Assembly (NCBI GenBank): GCA_049512935.1
Contig: JBEKWR010000015.1
Coordinates: 1-42,974, forward strand
Source of the DNA: Candidatus Bathyarchaeia archaeon
GTDB taxonomy: Archaea; Thermoproteota; Bathyarchaeia; Bathyarchaeales; Bathycorpusculaceae
DNA: 42,974 nucleotides
Reading direction: 5' to 3'
Shown here: positions 33,885-42,974 of the stretch, piece by piece
Numbering within the stretch: the first letter of the stretch is position 1
How the letters are laid out: the number at the start of each line of letters is the position of its first letter
The notes under the pieces: generated by a model
The model's input: the letters and a program-made list of their open reading frames with translations, nothing else
Database searches by the model: none
Told to the model about the DNA's origin: nothing
Program-made: the position numbers and the translations under genes

Positions 33885-35162
33885 ATGAGCGGAGCCAAAC
33901 AGGTCAGAAAGTATCTGCTTCCGACCTTACTCATCGTCGTGCTGCTGGTTTCCGTAGGGGCGTACACTTCTTACTCGATTGGAAACCAGCCTAAGCCGAA
34001 TCCGAACGTTTACGTCGGGGTGGCTTTCGGGGGAAACACCACCGAGGAAGCCAAAGTTTTGATTGACAAGGTGAAAAGCTACACGAACCTTTTCATATTG
34101 GCCACTGGGCGCAATTCAATTACGCAGAACGAAACGGCGGTTGAGGAGATTTGCAATTACGCCGTCGCGAACGGTTTAAGCGTCATCGTGGACATTGGTG
34201 TTAAGGATCATCTTGACGCCAGCCGCTACTGGTTTTGGAAGCAGCCGCTTAACGTCACTGAGAGGTGGGAGGCGATGTGGGGTGACAAGTTCTTGGGAAT
34301 GTACTATAACGACGAGCCAGGCGGAATCCAGCTTGACGGGAACTGGTCAGAGTGGTTTAGCACTTACGGTCAACATTACCTTCAGCAGAACACTTCCAAA
34401 ACAGCCAGAGACCTCGACCAAATCTACCTGAAGATGCTTGGGTACATGGGAAACGGGACGAGCCCTCCAAACTACAATTTGGAAGCCAACTTTTTCGTCC
34501 AAGACATCCTTGGAGGGGACAGCGGATTTAACGCTTTGAAAGCCGCCAACGTCACAACGTTCACCTCTGATTATTGCCTGTACTGGTTCGATTACAAGGG
34601 AGGATACAACGTCATGTTCGCCGAGTTAGGGTGGAACTGCAGCGCAGCCGAGCAGATCGACCTTGTGAAGGGAGCGGCAAGAATGCAGGGTAAAGAGTTT
34701 GGCACGATGATCACTTGGAAGTACTATGAGCCACCTTACCTTGAGAACGCATCCCAAATCTACGACCAAATGCTAACTTCCTACGAGGCTGGAGCAAAAT
34801 ACATCGCTGTTTTCGATTACCCCTACAATGGGACCGGTCAGTACGGCGTGCTAACCAATGACCAGTTAAACGCGATGCAGAGCTTCTGGAACGACATTCA
34901 CCAGAAAACTTTTCCCAACCTGAGCGCGTCAGACGCAGTGTTGGTGCTGCCTCAGAACTACGGTTGGGGCATGCGTGACCCGAACGACACAATTTGGGGT
35001 TTCTGGCCGCCCGACAACAAAACCGTGCAGGTAGCCACAGCCATGAGCACGCTTCTGAAGCAGTACGGGGTTAGCCTTGACATAGTTTACGTTGACCCGC
35101 AGTTCCCAGTTGCCGACGTGGGGTACAAAAGCGTTTACTACTGGAACCAAACGGGCATTTAG
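33885..35162 (+). CDS. Membrane-anchored extracellular protein, putative glycoside-hydrolase-like TIM barrel
   Basis: N-terminal signal anchor; YYNDEPGG and MFAELGW motifs; aromatic-rich; 14 N-x-S/T sequons. Confidence 0.55.
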   Translation: MSGAKQVRKYLLPTLLIVVLLVSVGAYTSYSIGNQPKPNPNVYVGVAFGGNTTEEAKVLIDKVKSYTNLFILATGRNSITQNETAVEEICNYAVANGLSVIVDIGVKDHLDASRYWFWKQPLNVTERWEAMWGDKFLGMYYNDEPGGIQLDGNWSEWFSTYGQHYLQQNTSKTARDLDQIYLKMLGYMGNGTSPPNYNLEANFFVQDILGGDSGFNALKAANVTTFTSDYCLYWFDYKGGYNVMFAELGWNCSAAEQIDLVKGAARMQGKEFGTMITWKYYEPPYLENASQIYDQMLTSYEAGAKYIAVFDYPYNGTGQYGVLTNDQLNAMQSFWNDIHQKTFPNLSASDAVLVLPQNYGWGMRDPNDTIWGFWPPDNKTVQVATAMSTLLKQYGVSLDIVYVDPQFPVADVGYKSVYYWNQTGI

Positions 35163-35240
35163 CGAGCCTACGAGCGTTTGCGCTTGTTGGAAATACTTAA
35201 TTAATAGCTTCTCTTATTGCTGGGTACGGAAGGATAAAAT

Positions 35241-35615
35241 TTGAGTGATGAACTTTCAAGGTTACCGCCTAACGTGCAAGAAAGACTTCTTAGACTGCAA
35301 CAGCTGCAGCAGACACTACAGTCGATTCTTGCGCAGAAACAGCAGGTTGACATGGAAAAATCAGAGGTTGAACAGACCATAACTGAACTTCAGAAAAGCG
35401 CCGACGACGCGGTCATCTACAAGGCTGCGGGTTCACTGCTGATTAAAGCGGAGAAGCCGAAAGTGACCGAGGAGCTTGTTGAACGCAAAGAGCTGCTGGA
35501 CACGAGAAGCACGGTTCTGAACAGGCAAGAAGAACGGATGCGCAGCCAAATAAAAGAGTCACAGACGAAGCTCCAAGAAGACCTAAACCCCGTTAATCAG
35601 GCGCCGTCATCTTAG
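35241..35615 (+). CDS. pfdB: Prefoldin subunit beta
   Basis: LPPNVQERLLRLQQLQQTLQ coiled coil, IYKAAGSLLIK hairpin, second coiled coil. Confidence 0.93.
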   Translation: MSDELSRLPPNVQERLLRLQQLQQTLQSILAQKQQVDMEKSEVEQTITELQKSADDAVIYKAAGSLLIKAEKPKVTEELVERKELLDTRSTVLNRQEERMRSQIKESQTKLQEDLNPVNQAPSS

Positions 35616-35626
35616 GTGAACGCCCG

Positions 35627-35914
35627 TTGGATGAGCTGGGGATACCAGAGCTATCCACCGAGCAGATAGAAACTTTATGCGAGACGGCTGAGAACGCAGC
35701 CAGAAAACACGTTCTCTCCAAAGTTTCTTCTAAAGCTGTTGACAGGCTGAACATCAGCGTGGAAGCCGAAGGCTCAAAGCCTGTGAACGTTACTGTGGAG
35801 ATAGACCTCAACTTGAAGGCTGAAGCTAAAGACGTGGATGCGCAGGCGCTCACCAGTGAAGCAGCAGGAGCGGCGCACAGAGCAGTTGAAAACTACTTGA
35901 GAAAACTAAAATGA
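35627..35914 (+). CDS. DUF3194-like protein
   Basis: ELSTEQIETLCETAENAARKHVLSKV...LNISVE...VEIDL; position directly after pfdB is typical of this family. Confidence 0.7.
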   Translation: MDELGIPELSTEQIETLCETAENAARKHVLSKVSSKAVDRLNISVEAEGSKPVNVTVEIDLNLKAEAKDVDAQALTSEAAGAAHRAVENYLRKLK

Positions 35915-36909
35915 ACGATTTCCAAAAACTTCTTCAAATTCTTCAGGATAGCAAGGCGTCTTTTGTTCTTTTACTGTGTCACCGTAGCGCTGACGCCGAC
36001 GCTATCTGTTCAGCCTACGCTTTGCAAGGGCTGCTGAAGCGGTTTTTGCCCGACGTGGTGTTTGAGGTCGGTTGCCCACAAGGCGTCAATAAGCCGTCTA
36101 AGCTGCTTTTGGAGCGCATGCCGATAACGGTTAACTTGAAGCCGAACATCGAGTCTGCGGAAGTTATTGTTTTTCTGGATTTAAACACGGTTGACCAGCT
36201 TGACCAGGTGGCTGAAACCATAAGAAAGTCGCCTGCGCCGAAAATAATCGTTGACCACCATTACCCAAGCTCTGAAACCGTCAGAATCTGCGGGCTATGC
36301 ATCATAGACGACAAGGCAGGCGCAAACTGCGAAATAGTCTACAGGCTTTTTAAGCAGGCGAAAACCAAACCCGACTTCAACGAAGCCAAAGCACTGTTTC
36401 TCGGCATAGCCTTTGACACGCGGCATTTCTCCTTGGCAAGCGCTTCGACTTTTGGGATCTTGGCTAAACTGGTCAGCGAGGGCATAGATGTGCAGGCGAC
36501 GCTGCAGGAGTTTGCCTTGCCCATCGACACGTCTGAGCGCCTGGCGAAGTTGAAGGCTTGCAAAAGAGCCAAAATCGTAAGGGTCAACGGCTGGATAATC
36601 GCCCTATCACACGTCAGCGCCTACCAAGCAGCAGCAGCGAAATCTCTGGTTGACTTAGGCGCCCATGCCTCGGCTGTGGCAGGGCTTAAAAACGGGAAAA
36701 TCGAGGTAAGCCTACGCTGCACACGCCAGTTCGCTGAGGAAGCAGGCGTCAACTTGGGAAAGGACATTGCGGCGCCCCTTGGGGAGTTTCTGAAGGGAGT
36801 CGGCGGAGGACACGCGATGGCGGCGGGTGTCAGCGGTACAGGAGAAATAGAACCAACACTAAAAGAGTGTCTTGCGCTTCTGAGGCGAAGAATAGCCAAA
36901 GTTGGGTAG
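35911..36909 (+). CDS. DHH/DHHA1 phosphoesterase (NrnA-like)
   Basis: HRSADADA, FLDL, VDHH, GIAFDT, SLR, GGGHAMAAG. Confidence 0.9.
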   Translation: MNDFQKLLQILQDSKASFVLLLCHRSADADAICSAYALQGLLKRFLPDVVFEVGCPQGVNKPSKLLLERMPITVNLKPNIESAEVIVFLDLNTVDQLDQVAETIRKSPAPKIIVDHHYPSSETVRICGLCIIDDKAGANCEIVYRLFKQAKTKPDFNEAKALFLGIAFDTRHFSLASASTFGILAKLVSEGIDVQATLQEFALPIDTSERLAKLKACKRAKIVRVNGWIIALSHVSAYQAAAAKSLVDLGAHASAVAGLKNGKIEVSLRCTRQFAEEAGVNLGKDIAAPLGEFLKGVGGGHAMAAGVSGTGEIEPTLKECLALLRRRIAKVG

Positions 36910-36959
36910 CTACGCTTAAATGAGCAGTCGTTAACGCTTAAGGATGCAGGCACAAAACC

Positions 36960-37811
36960 ATGGCTATAATCGAAACCAAAAACCTCACTTACACTTATCC
37001 AGGCGCAACTAAACCGTCGATTCTTGACGTCTCCATCAGGGTGGAGAAGGGCGAGTTCGTGCTCGTCACGGGTCCAAGCGGCTGTGGAAAAACAACTTTG
37101 TGCCGATGCTTCAACGGGCTCATCCCGCATTTTTACCAGGGCGAACTGAAAGGCGAAATCACGGTTGCAGGCGAAGACGTGCTGAAACGCCACACCTACG
37201 AAATGGCGCGGCACGTGGGGTTAGTGTTCCAGAACCCTGAAAACCAGCTTTTCGCCCTCTCCGTTGAGAAAGACGTGGCTTTCGGGCTGGAAAACTTCGG
37301 AGTTCCCCGAGAAGAAATGAGAAGAAAAGTTGATTGGGCGCTAAACCAGACAGGCATTTACGACCTGCGTGAACGTTCTCCTCATGAAATTTCAGGGGGG
37401 CAGCAGCAGCGGGTGGCGATCGCGGCGGTTTTAGCCATGGAACCCGAAATCATCGTGCTTGATGAGCCGACTTCTTTTCTTGACCCGTTGAGCGCCGAGA
37501 AAATTTTTGATGTGATCTATGATTTGAACAGGAAGCAGGGTATAACCGTGGTTCTGGTTGAGCACAGGCTGGACTTGACGGCAAAGTACGCGAACCACCT
37601 GGTCGTCATGGATGAGGGGAAAGTGCGTTACGAGGGCGACCCGAGAGAAATCCTCAGCACAGAGGAAACGCGACTAATCGGCGTCGGGATTCCCAAGGCA
37701 ACCCTGCTTTACCAGATGCTCAAGAAAGACGGGTTAAACCTCGGCGGCAACACGCCCCTGTCCAGCGATGAGTTGGCTGACCAGCTGTTGGAGGCGCTCA
37801 AAGCCAAATGA
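36960..37811 (+). CDS. ecfA1: ECF transporter ATPase A
   Basis: GPSGCGKTT, FQNPENQL, ISGGQQQR, LDEPT, VEH. Confidence 0.9.
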   Translation: MAIIETKNLTYTYPGATKPSILDVSIRVEKGEFVLVTGPSGCGKTTLCRCFNGLIPHFYQGELKGEITVAGEDVLKRHTYEMARHVGLVFQNPENQLFALSVEKDVAFGLENFGVPREEMRRKVDWALNQTGIYDLRERSPHEISGGQQQRVAIAAVLAMEPEIIVLDEPTSFLDPLSAEKIFDVIYDLNRKQGITVVLVEHRLDLTAKYANHLVVMDEGKVRYEGDPREILSTEETRLIGVGIPKATLLYQMLKKDGLNLGGNTPLSSDELADQLLEALKAK

Positions 37812-38635
37812 TCGAGGCAAGAGACGTCCGTTTCAGCTACGCTAACAGGGTGGAAGCCCTCAAAGGCGTCTCGTTGACCGTGAAGGATGGCGAGTTCCTC
37901 GCGGTAATGGGGCAGAACGGCGCTGGAAAATCAACGTTCGTCAAGCATTTTAACGGTCTCCTGAAACCCTCGTCGGGAACCGTGCTTGTGGACGGGGTGG
38001 AAACAACCAAGACAAGCGTTGCGGCGCTGGCGCGGAACGTGGGTTTCGTCTTTCAGAACCCTGACCATCAACTCTTCAGTGAAACGGTCGAGGAGGAAAT
38101 CGCTTTTGCCCTCAAAAACTTCGGGTTCCAGCCAGACGTGGTTGAGGATCGGGTAACGTGGGCTCTGGAGCTGCTTTCGCTTAGCCAGTACCGCAAGACT
38201 TCGCCTTTCCTCTTAAGCGGGGGCGAGCGGAAACGTGTCGCGTTGGCTTCCGTCCTAGCGTGGGATCCGAAGATGCTGATTTTGGATGAACCCACCATCG
38301 GGCAGGACCATGAGCAGAAGGAGAAGTTGAACCAGTTTATCATGCAGATGCAGCAGCAGGGGAAAACCGTGGTCATCGTCACGCATGACGTCGAGTTCGT
38401 GGCGGAATGCAACCCCAGAGTTGTTCTGATGAAGGATGGCAGAATCCTCGCGGAAGGCGAGGGAAAAGAAATCTTGACTAACCCGCAGGTTTTGGCTGAG
38501 TCGTCGATTGTGCTGCCGCAGATAGCGCAGGTGTTCGCGAAGCTGTCGCCTCTGGGTTTCCCCAAGGGTGTGATTGACATTTACGAGGCGGAAAAGATAA
38601 TCTTGGACGCTAAGGAGAGCAGGCGCCTGCCATGA
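37808..38635 (+). CDS. ecfA2: ECF transporter ATPase A'
   Basis: GQNGAGKST, FQNPDHQLF, SPFLLSGGERKR, LDEPTIGQD, VTHD. Confidence 0.9.
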   Translation: MIEARDVRFSYANRVEALKGVSLTVKDGEFLAVMGQNGAGKSTFVKHFNGLLKPSSGTVLVDGVETTKTSVAALARNVGFVFQNPDHQLFSETVEEEIAFALKNFGFQPDVVEDRVTWALELLSLSQYRKTSPFLLSGGERKRVALASVLAWDPKMLILDEPTIGQDHEQKEKLNQFIMQMQQQGKTVVIVTHDVEFVAECNPRVVLMKDGRILAEGEGKEILTNPQVLAESSIVLPQIAQVFAKLSPLGFPKGVIDIYEAEKIILDAKESRRLP

Positions 38636-39420
38636 GCGTTTTTGACGGGTTAAAGTTCAGGAAGGTTCACTCGCCTATCCATGATTTAGACCCGAGAGTA
38701 AAATTCGCCTATGTCATATCGGTCTTCGCCGTCGCCATCATCTTTTACCAAATCATCCCGCTTCTTTTCCTGTTCGTGCTTCAGGTGCCGTTCGTGCTGC
38801 TGGCGCGTGTGCAGCGGCAGTGGCTCAGGTCTCTTCGAGGAGCGGCTTTTTTGGCGGCAGTTATCTTCATCGTTAACGTCGGAACCTCCTACTTCTACTC
38901 AGGCTACAAAGTAACCCCGCCTGCCGTGGAAAGCGCCCTTGCTTTAACCCTGCGTTTCGTGGTGCTCGTTGAATCTTTCTCAGTTTTCTTCCTAACCACT
39001 TCGCCAGACCATCTTGGCTTAGCGCTGGAAGAGTCCCACGTGCCCTACGAGTTCGCCTTCGCCTTCACCACCGCCGTGCGCTTCGTACCAGTCCTCGCCG
39101 AAGAATCCCAGACCATCATGGATGCCCAAAAGGCAAGGGGGCTGGAGCTGGAGAAGGGCGGCTTCATGAAACGCATCAGAAACTACATCCCCGTGCTAAT
39201 CCCCCTCATCGTCAGCGCCATTCGAAGAAGCTTGGAGTTGGCGGAGGCGATGGAGAGCCGAGCGTGGGGAGCCAGCAAGAAACGCACCAACCTCTACGCG
39301 CTGAAACTGCACAAGGGAGACTACACCTTGATAGCAATCACCGTCGGAATCTTGATTGCGTCTATTTATGTGCGCTTGTACGTGCCTATCCCGACCGTAG
39401 TGCACCTGCTTAAGTTGTAG
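38632..39420 (+). CDS. ecfT: ECF transporter transmembrane component T
   Basis: SPIHDLDPRVK, AVRFVP, AQKARG, AMESRA coupling-helix motifs. Confidence 0.92.
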   Translation: MSVFDGLKFRKVHSPIHDLDPRVKFAYVISVFAVAIIFYQIIPLLFLFVLQVPFVLLARVQRQWLRSLRGAAFLAAVIFIVNVGTSYFYSGYKVTPPAVESALALTLRFVVLVESFSVFFLTTSPDHLGLALEESHVPYEFAFAFTTAVRFVPVLAEESQTIMDAQKARGLELEKGGFMKRIRNYIPVLIPLIVSAIRRSLELAEAMESRAWGASKKRTNLYALKLHKGDYTLIAITVGILIASIYVRLYVPIPTVVHLLKL

Positions 39421-39501
39421 AAGCGCCCATTTTTGCATGCATAAATGATTTTGCATGGAAAACCTTAATGGCTTACAACCGAAAAGAAAAAGAGGGATTT
39501 G

Positions 39502-40389
39502 ATGGCTGAGCGTACCCGTTTTGGACCCGCAGGCGTGCCGCCGATGTTTAGGCTTATGGGAGCCGACTTGCCTGATGTTCCGCGGCTGCTGCGTGAAGAA
39601 GGCTTGGATGCTTTTGAGTACGAGGCGGTCCGTTGGGGTCCGAAGCCGCAGATTTCTAAGGACCTTGCTGAAAAGCTGGGTGCTGCCGCGAGAGAAAATG
39701 ATGTGCGGCTAAGCCTTCACGGCTCCTACTACATTAACTTGAGTGGCAAACGGGAAGTGGTGGAAGCAAGCAAACGGCGGCTCATCGCGTCCGCCACCGC
39801 AGCCGACTGGATGGGAGCCTACGTCATGGTGTTCCACACTGGGTTCTACGGACGCTTTGAGAAGGACTTCGCCTTCAAAACGTGCCTAAACGCACTGAAA
39901 GAGGTCAGCGCGGAAATGCGAAGCCTTGGACTTCGGGTTAAGCTTGGACCTGAAACTATGGGAAGAAAATTTCAGGTAGGTAGCTTAGACGAAATCCTCA
40001 GGCTCAACCAAGAGATTGAAGGCACACAGCTCGTCGTTGACTGGGCACACCTGCACGCCCTGCACCAGGGAAGCCTCAGGAAAACCGAGGATTTCAGGGC
40101 AATCGCCGAAAAAGTCGAACAGACTCTTGGCACTGAAGCGATGCGGAGCATGCACTGCCACTTCTCAAAAATCGAGTTCACCGCCCAAGGCGAAAAACGG
40201 CACCACACTCTCGACGAGGAAAGGTTTGGACCAGACTTCCGCATGCTCGCCGAAGTCATCGCCGACTTCCAAATGCACCCCACAATGATATGCGAATCGC
40301 CAATCCTGGATGTGGACGCACGAAAAATGAAAGCAACGCTGGAAGAAATTCTTGAAAAAAGGCATAAGTCTTCTGGTCAAACTGCTTAA
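39502..40389 (+). CDS. nfo: Endonuclease IV-family AP endonuclease (TIM barrel)
   Basis: RFGPAG, SLHGSYYINL, VFHTGFY, GPETMG, VDWAHLHA, HCHFS, EKRHH, ICESP. Confidence 0.85.
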   Translation: MAERTRFGPAGVPPMFRLMGADLPDVPRLLREEGLDAFEYEAVRWGPKPQISKDLAEKLGAAARENDVRLSLHGSYYINLSGKREVVEASKRRLIASATAADWMGAYVMVFHTGFYGRFEKDFAFKTCLNALKEVSAEMRSLGLRVKLGPETMGRKFQVGSLDEILRLNQEIEGTQLVVDWAHLHALHQGSLRKTEDFRAIAEKVEQTLGTEAMRSMHCHFSKIEFTAQGEKRHHTLDEERFGPDFRMLAEVIADFQMHPTMICESPILDVDARKMKATLEEILEKRHKSSGQTA

Positions 40390-40408
40390 GAATAAAACTG
40401 GGCATCAA

Positions 40409-41029
40409 CTACTTTTTGTTTTGTTGACTTATCAAGCGTTCAGCCAGTTGCAGTTCCTGTACCGTGTTGATGTTTACAGCGAGTTCGTCTAGGTCTATTA
40501 GGCAGATGTCTTGGTCGAGCCATTCGTCGCCGTACCGCTTGCGCCCGTCGATAACGTTGATGCCAACAGGAACCACATCCTTGTCGTCCATCTTGAACGA
40601 GTACTCAACGCACATGCCAAGCTTCGTCTTCGTGCTTAACGGAACAGCCACGGTTAACGCTGGCTTGCCGCAGCGCTCATAACGTTCCACAATGGAGTCC
40701 AACACCTCAGCCGTCACGAGAGGCAAGTCCGCCGCGATGGCAAGGAAAACGCCCAGTCTCAGGTTTTGGCTGGCGTAGCCCATGTCGGAAACGTAGTCTT
40801 TCCCAGGCGTCTCAACCACTTTGACGGGGAAGCCGCTCATGTACTTGGCGGTTTTCGGAGTGCAAGCGCTTGTGGCAACAATGATGCCGTCGATTTTCTT
40901 GGCGTTCCGCAGCGCCGCAATCACGTATTCAATGACGGGTTTCCCGCAGACGTTAATGAGGGGTTTTTCCTCGCGGATTTGCATGCGGGTTCCTTTTCCG
41001 CCCGCCATCACAAGCGCAGTTACGCCCAA
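40409..41029 (-). CDS. cobY: Adenosylcobinamide-phosphate guanylyltransferase (MobA-like NTP transferase)
   Basis: MAGGKGTRM..EKPL, TPGKDYVSD, AADLPL, PVGINV, NINTVQEL; directly downstream of cobS; TTG at 41029. Confidence 0.85.
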   Translation of the reverse strand: MGVTALVMAGGKGTRMQIREEKPLINVCGKPVIEYVIAALRNAKKIDGIIVATSACTPKTAKYMSGFPVKVVETPGKDYVSDMGYASQNLRLGVFLAIAADLPLVTAEVLDSIVERYERCGKPALTVAVPLSTKTKLGMCVEYSFKMDDKDVVPVGINVIDGRKRYGDEWLDQDICLIDLDELAVNINTVQELQLAERLISQQNKK

Positions 41030-41775
41030 GCAACCACCGCCAACAAAACAATCACGCAAACCATTCGGGTTATCTCGTTAGTTGCTCCGAACACGTCGCC
41101 CGTAACCCCGCCGAAATGCCTGTGCGCAACAGCAGTCATCACCAAACTCGTAAGGACGCCTGCAAAAACAACTAAAACGCCCGCCCAACGGAGCAGAGGC
41201 AAAGCAACCGCCAGAGAAAGCAACAGCGCAACAATCAAGCGCAGATCTCCTTTTCCGCCGTGCATGGCTTCAAGGAAAGGCGAATTCATGCCCTGATGCA
41301 CGGATTTCCCAGCCCAAGCCATAACAACCATCGAAAGTTTCGCCGAAGCTTCAACGGCTATTACGCCGCCGACGATTAAACCGATTTTCAGTTGCCCAAG
41401 AGCTAAGGCGCTGATGAGAAGGGTCATCATCCCCAAGGCTAAGCCGCCTGCGCCTGTCAACTGGTCATGCATAACCTCGATCTTGTGCTCGGGTGTGCCG
41501 TGAGCCATGACGCCGTCGCCGAAATCCAGCAAGCCGTCGGTGTGGTGAAGCCCAGTTATGAGCAGCAGCACCGCCAAGACCAAGCCGCCGACCACTATGC
41601 CTGGCACAAAATGGTAAGCCACCCAGCCGAAGACTCCAGCAATTAAACCGATAAAAGCGCCGATCAGCGGGAAAGCCCACATGCCTTTGGCGCAGTCAGT
41701 AAGCATGTCTTTGTCCATTGCTACGGGAAAGATTGTGAGGAAAGACAGCAGGTTCTTTAGCTCTTTAATAACCAT
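41020..41775 (-). CDS. cobS: Adenosylcobinamide-GDP ribazoletransferase (cobalamin synthase)
   Basis: SFLTIFP, FPLIG, TGLHHTDGLLDFGDG, MHDQLTGAGG, FGGVTGDVFGATNE. Confidence 0.95.
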   Translation of the reverse strand: MVIKELKNLLSFLTIFPVAMDKDMLTDCAKGMWAFPLIGAFIGLIAGVFGWVAYHFVPGIVVGGLVLAVLLLITGLHHTDGLLDFGDGVMAHGTPEHKIEVMHDQLTGAGGLALGMMTLLISALALGQLKIGLIVGGVIAVEASAKLSMVVMAWAGKSVHQGMNSPFLEAMHGGKGDLRLIVALLLSLAVALPLLRWAGVLVVFAGVLTSLVMTAVAHRHFGGVTGDVFGATNEITRMVCVIVLLAVVAWA

Positions 41776-41776
41776 C

Positions 41777-42877
41777 TCACTTCAAACCCATAAGCAAACC
41801 ATAATTGCGCTCTATCTCTTTAAGCAATAGGTCAGCCGTGACCGCGCCGCCAAGCTTCGCCATCGCAGCAATAGAAGCGCCGCCCGCGCCCACACCCTCC
41901 TTGACCAGCCCAGTCTCGTAAATCTGCAAGCCTGGGAACCGTGATTTGCTAAAGTTCAAGTCTGCCGCCAAGATCGGGGCGTCGCAGAACTGGGTAACTA
42001 TGCCTTTAAGGTCAGACGACTTGTCCTTCGCAACCCACCTTGTAGTGCCCACCGCCACGTTACAGAGAACGCCAGGCTCCAACGCGTTCACCACGGCTAA
42101 GACTGCGCTCATCTGCGTTCCACCAGCCATCAGCACAGGCACCTGAGACGCGGCGCCAATGACTAATCCTGAGAAAGCAGCCATCATCGGGTCGCCAACA
42201 CAGGAAATGGCTCGAACAGGGTCCTTCGCCAAACTGCCGAAGCTTTCGCCCGCCGCCGCCAAGCCTGCCCTAACCGCCTCAGCCTTCAAACCATGGGGGT
42301 TTTGGGGCAGTGTGCTGCTCACTTTCCCCTCCGCCTTCACGCCTAAAGCCGAAAGCACGCCAAGCGCGGTTGTTGTCCCGCCTGGAATGCTCTCGCCAAT
42401 CAAAAGATAATCGGCTGTCTTAGCCAACTGCAATCCAGCGACCTTGGAGCGTTCAATGACTTCTGCGACGTTGTCAACTGCGCTACCGCTTCGAATGTCC
42501 CTGCCTGGGCTGCCGCCTAAATCTAAAAAGGGAATCTGCGGTTTCACCCTAACGCCGCCGTTGGCTACTAGCACGGGAATGTCAGCTAACTGCAGGGCCG
42601 ACCTGGTGATTAACCCTGGCGTTGGGATTCCGTCTGGAGTAATTGGAACACCCGCGATTGACTTGCATCTGCCTAAAAGAAGCAGTTCAGCGTCAGCGGG
42701 CGGAGTGTAATCCGTGAACTCCGGGTTTGCTCCAGCCGCAGATATGCCGGGAATTTTGCCCGTTTCCGTGGTGCCGATTGTGCAGATGAAAAGCGGGTTT
42801 TTCCCCGTGATTTCGTCGAGGAAAGCTTTCGCTTTAAGCTCGTTGTTAGCGATTAATACGTCAAGTGTCTGGTCCAT
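41777..42877 (-). CDS. cobT: Archaeal nicotinate-nucleotide-dimethylbenzimidazole phosphoribosyltransferase
   Basis: TETGKIPGISAAG, YTPPADAE, GIPTPGLIT, GESIPGGTTTA, VGDPMM, AGGTQM, VKEGVGAGG. Confidence 0.9.
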   Translation of the reverse strand: MDQTLDVLIANNELKAKAFLDEITGKNPLFICTIGTTETGKIPGISAAGANPEFTDYTPPADAELLLLGRCKSIAGVPITPDGIPTPGLITRSALQLADIPVLVANGGVRVKPQIPFLDLGGSPGRDIRSGSAVDNVAEVIERSKVAGLQLAKTADYLLIGESIPGGTTTALGVLSALGVKAEGKVSSTLPQNPHGLKAEAVRAGLAAAGESFGSLAKDPVRAISCVGDPMMAAFSGLVIGAASQVPVLMAGGTQMSAVLAVVNALEPGVLCNVAVGTTRWVAKDKSSDLKGIVTQFCDAPILAADLNFSKSRFPGLQIYETGLVKEGVGAGGASIAAMAKLGGAVTADLLLKEIERNYGLLMGLK

Positions 42878-42878
42878 T

Positions 42879-42974
42879 CTACGGTTTTACCTTGCCTTTC
42901 GGCTTGACTTCGAACTTTTTGATTTCAAGGTACCCGAAGCCGCCGTCTAGCTTGTGCTTTGCCGTTTCTAGACT
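42879..42974 (-). CDS. C-terminus of a truncated upstream gene (SLETAKHKLDGGFGYLEIKKFEVKPKGKVKP*), unknown product
   Basis: Frame open from the window end to TAG at 42879-42881, 1 nt before the cobT ATG. Confidence 0.5.
   Translation of the reverse strand, partial: SLETAKHKLDGGFGYLEIKKFEVKPKGKVKP

Overview
Gene-dense, mostly core chromosomal segment of an archaeon. Crenarchaeal-type PolB1, eukaryote-like STT3/AglB, thermosome, prefoldin beta, CarS, CobY and frequent TTG starts fit a TACK lineage, most likely Bathyarchaeia (inference). The first ~3.9 kb is a visibly AT-rich accessory patch: AN1-ZnF/TM/CAP protein, NUDIX-zinc ribbon, two small membrane proteins and a 4TM protein with a HEPN-like tail. 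Next come a DNA/RNA repair cluster (nth, XPD, Clp1-type kinase, RNase H-fold protein, RadB-like, topoisomerase IA), an N-glycosylation/lipid neighbourhood (carS, OSTC/DC2-like gene, aglB, GPT/AglH), PolB1 and an m5C RNA methyltransferase. After these lie two tandem surface-anchored molybdopterin-oxidoreductase-fold genes sharing a palindromic operator, DUF488, a VapBC pair, agmatinase, two moeA genes, thyA, thermosome, sua5, a PAC3/PAC4-like gene, pfdB-DUF3194-DHH-ECF, endonuclease IV and cobT-cobS-cobY. I saw no tRNA, rRNA, CRISPR array or transposase. Main leads: a possible eukaryote-like multi-subunit OST (DC2 + STT3), a PAC3/PAC4-like proteasome chaperone, Sec-exported Moco-fold proteins with their own operator, a PIP-box on DUF488, a TM-HEPN protein, and a VapC that seems to need an ACG start. 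All family calls come from motifs recognised by eye, not from searches.
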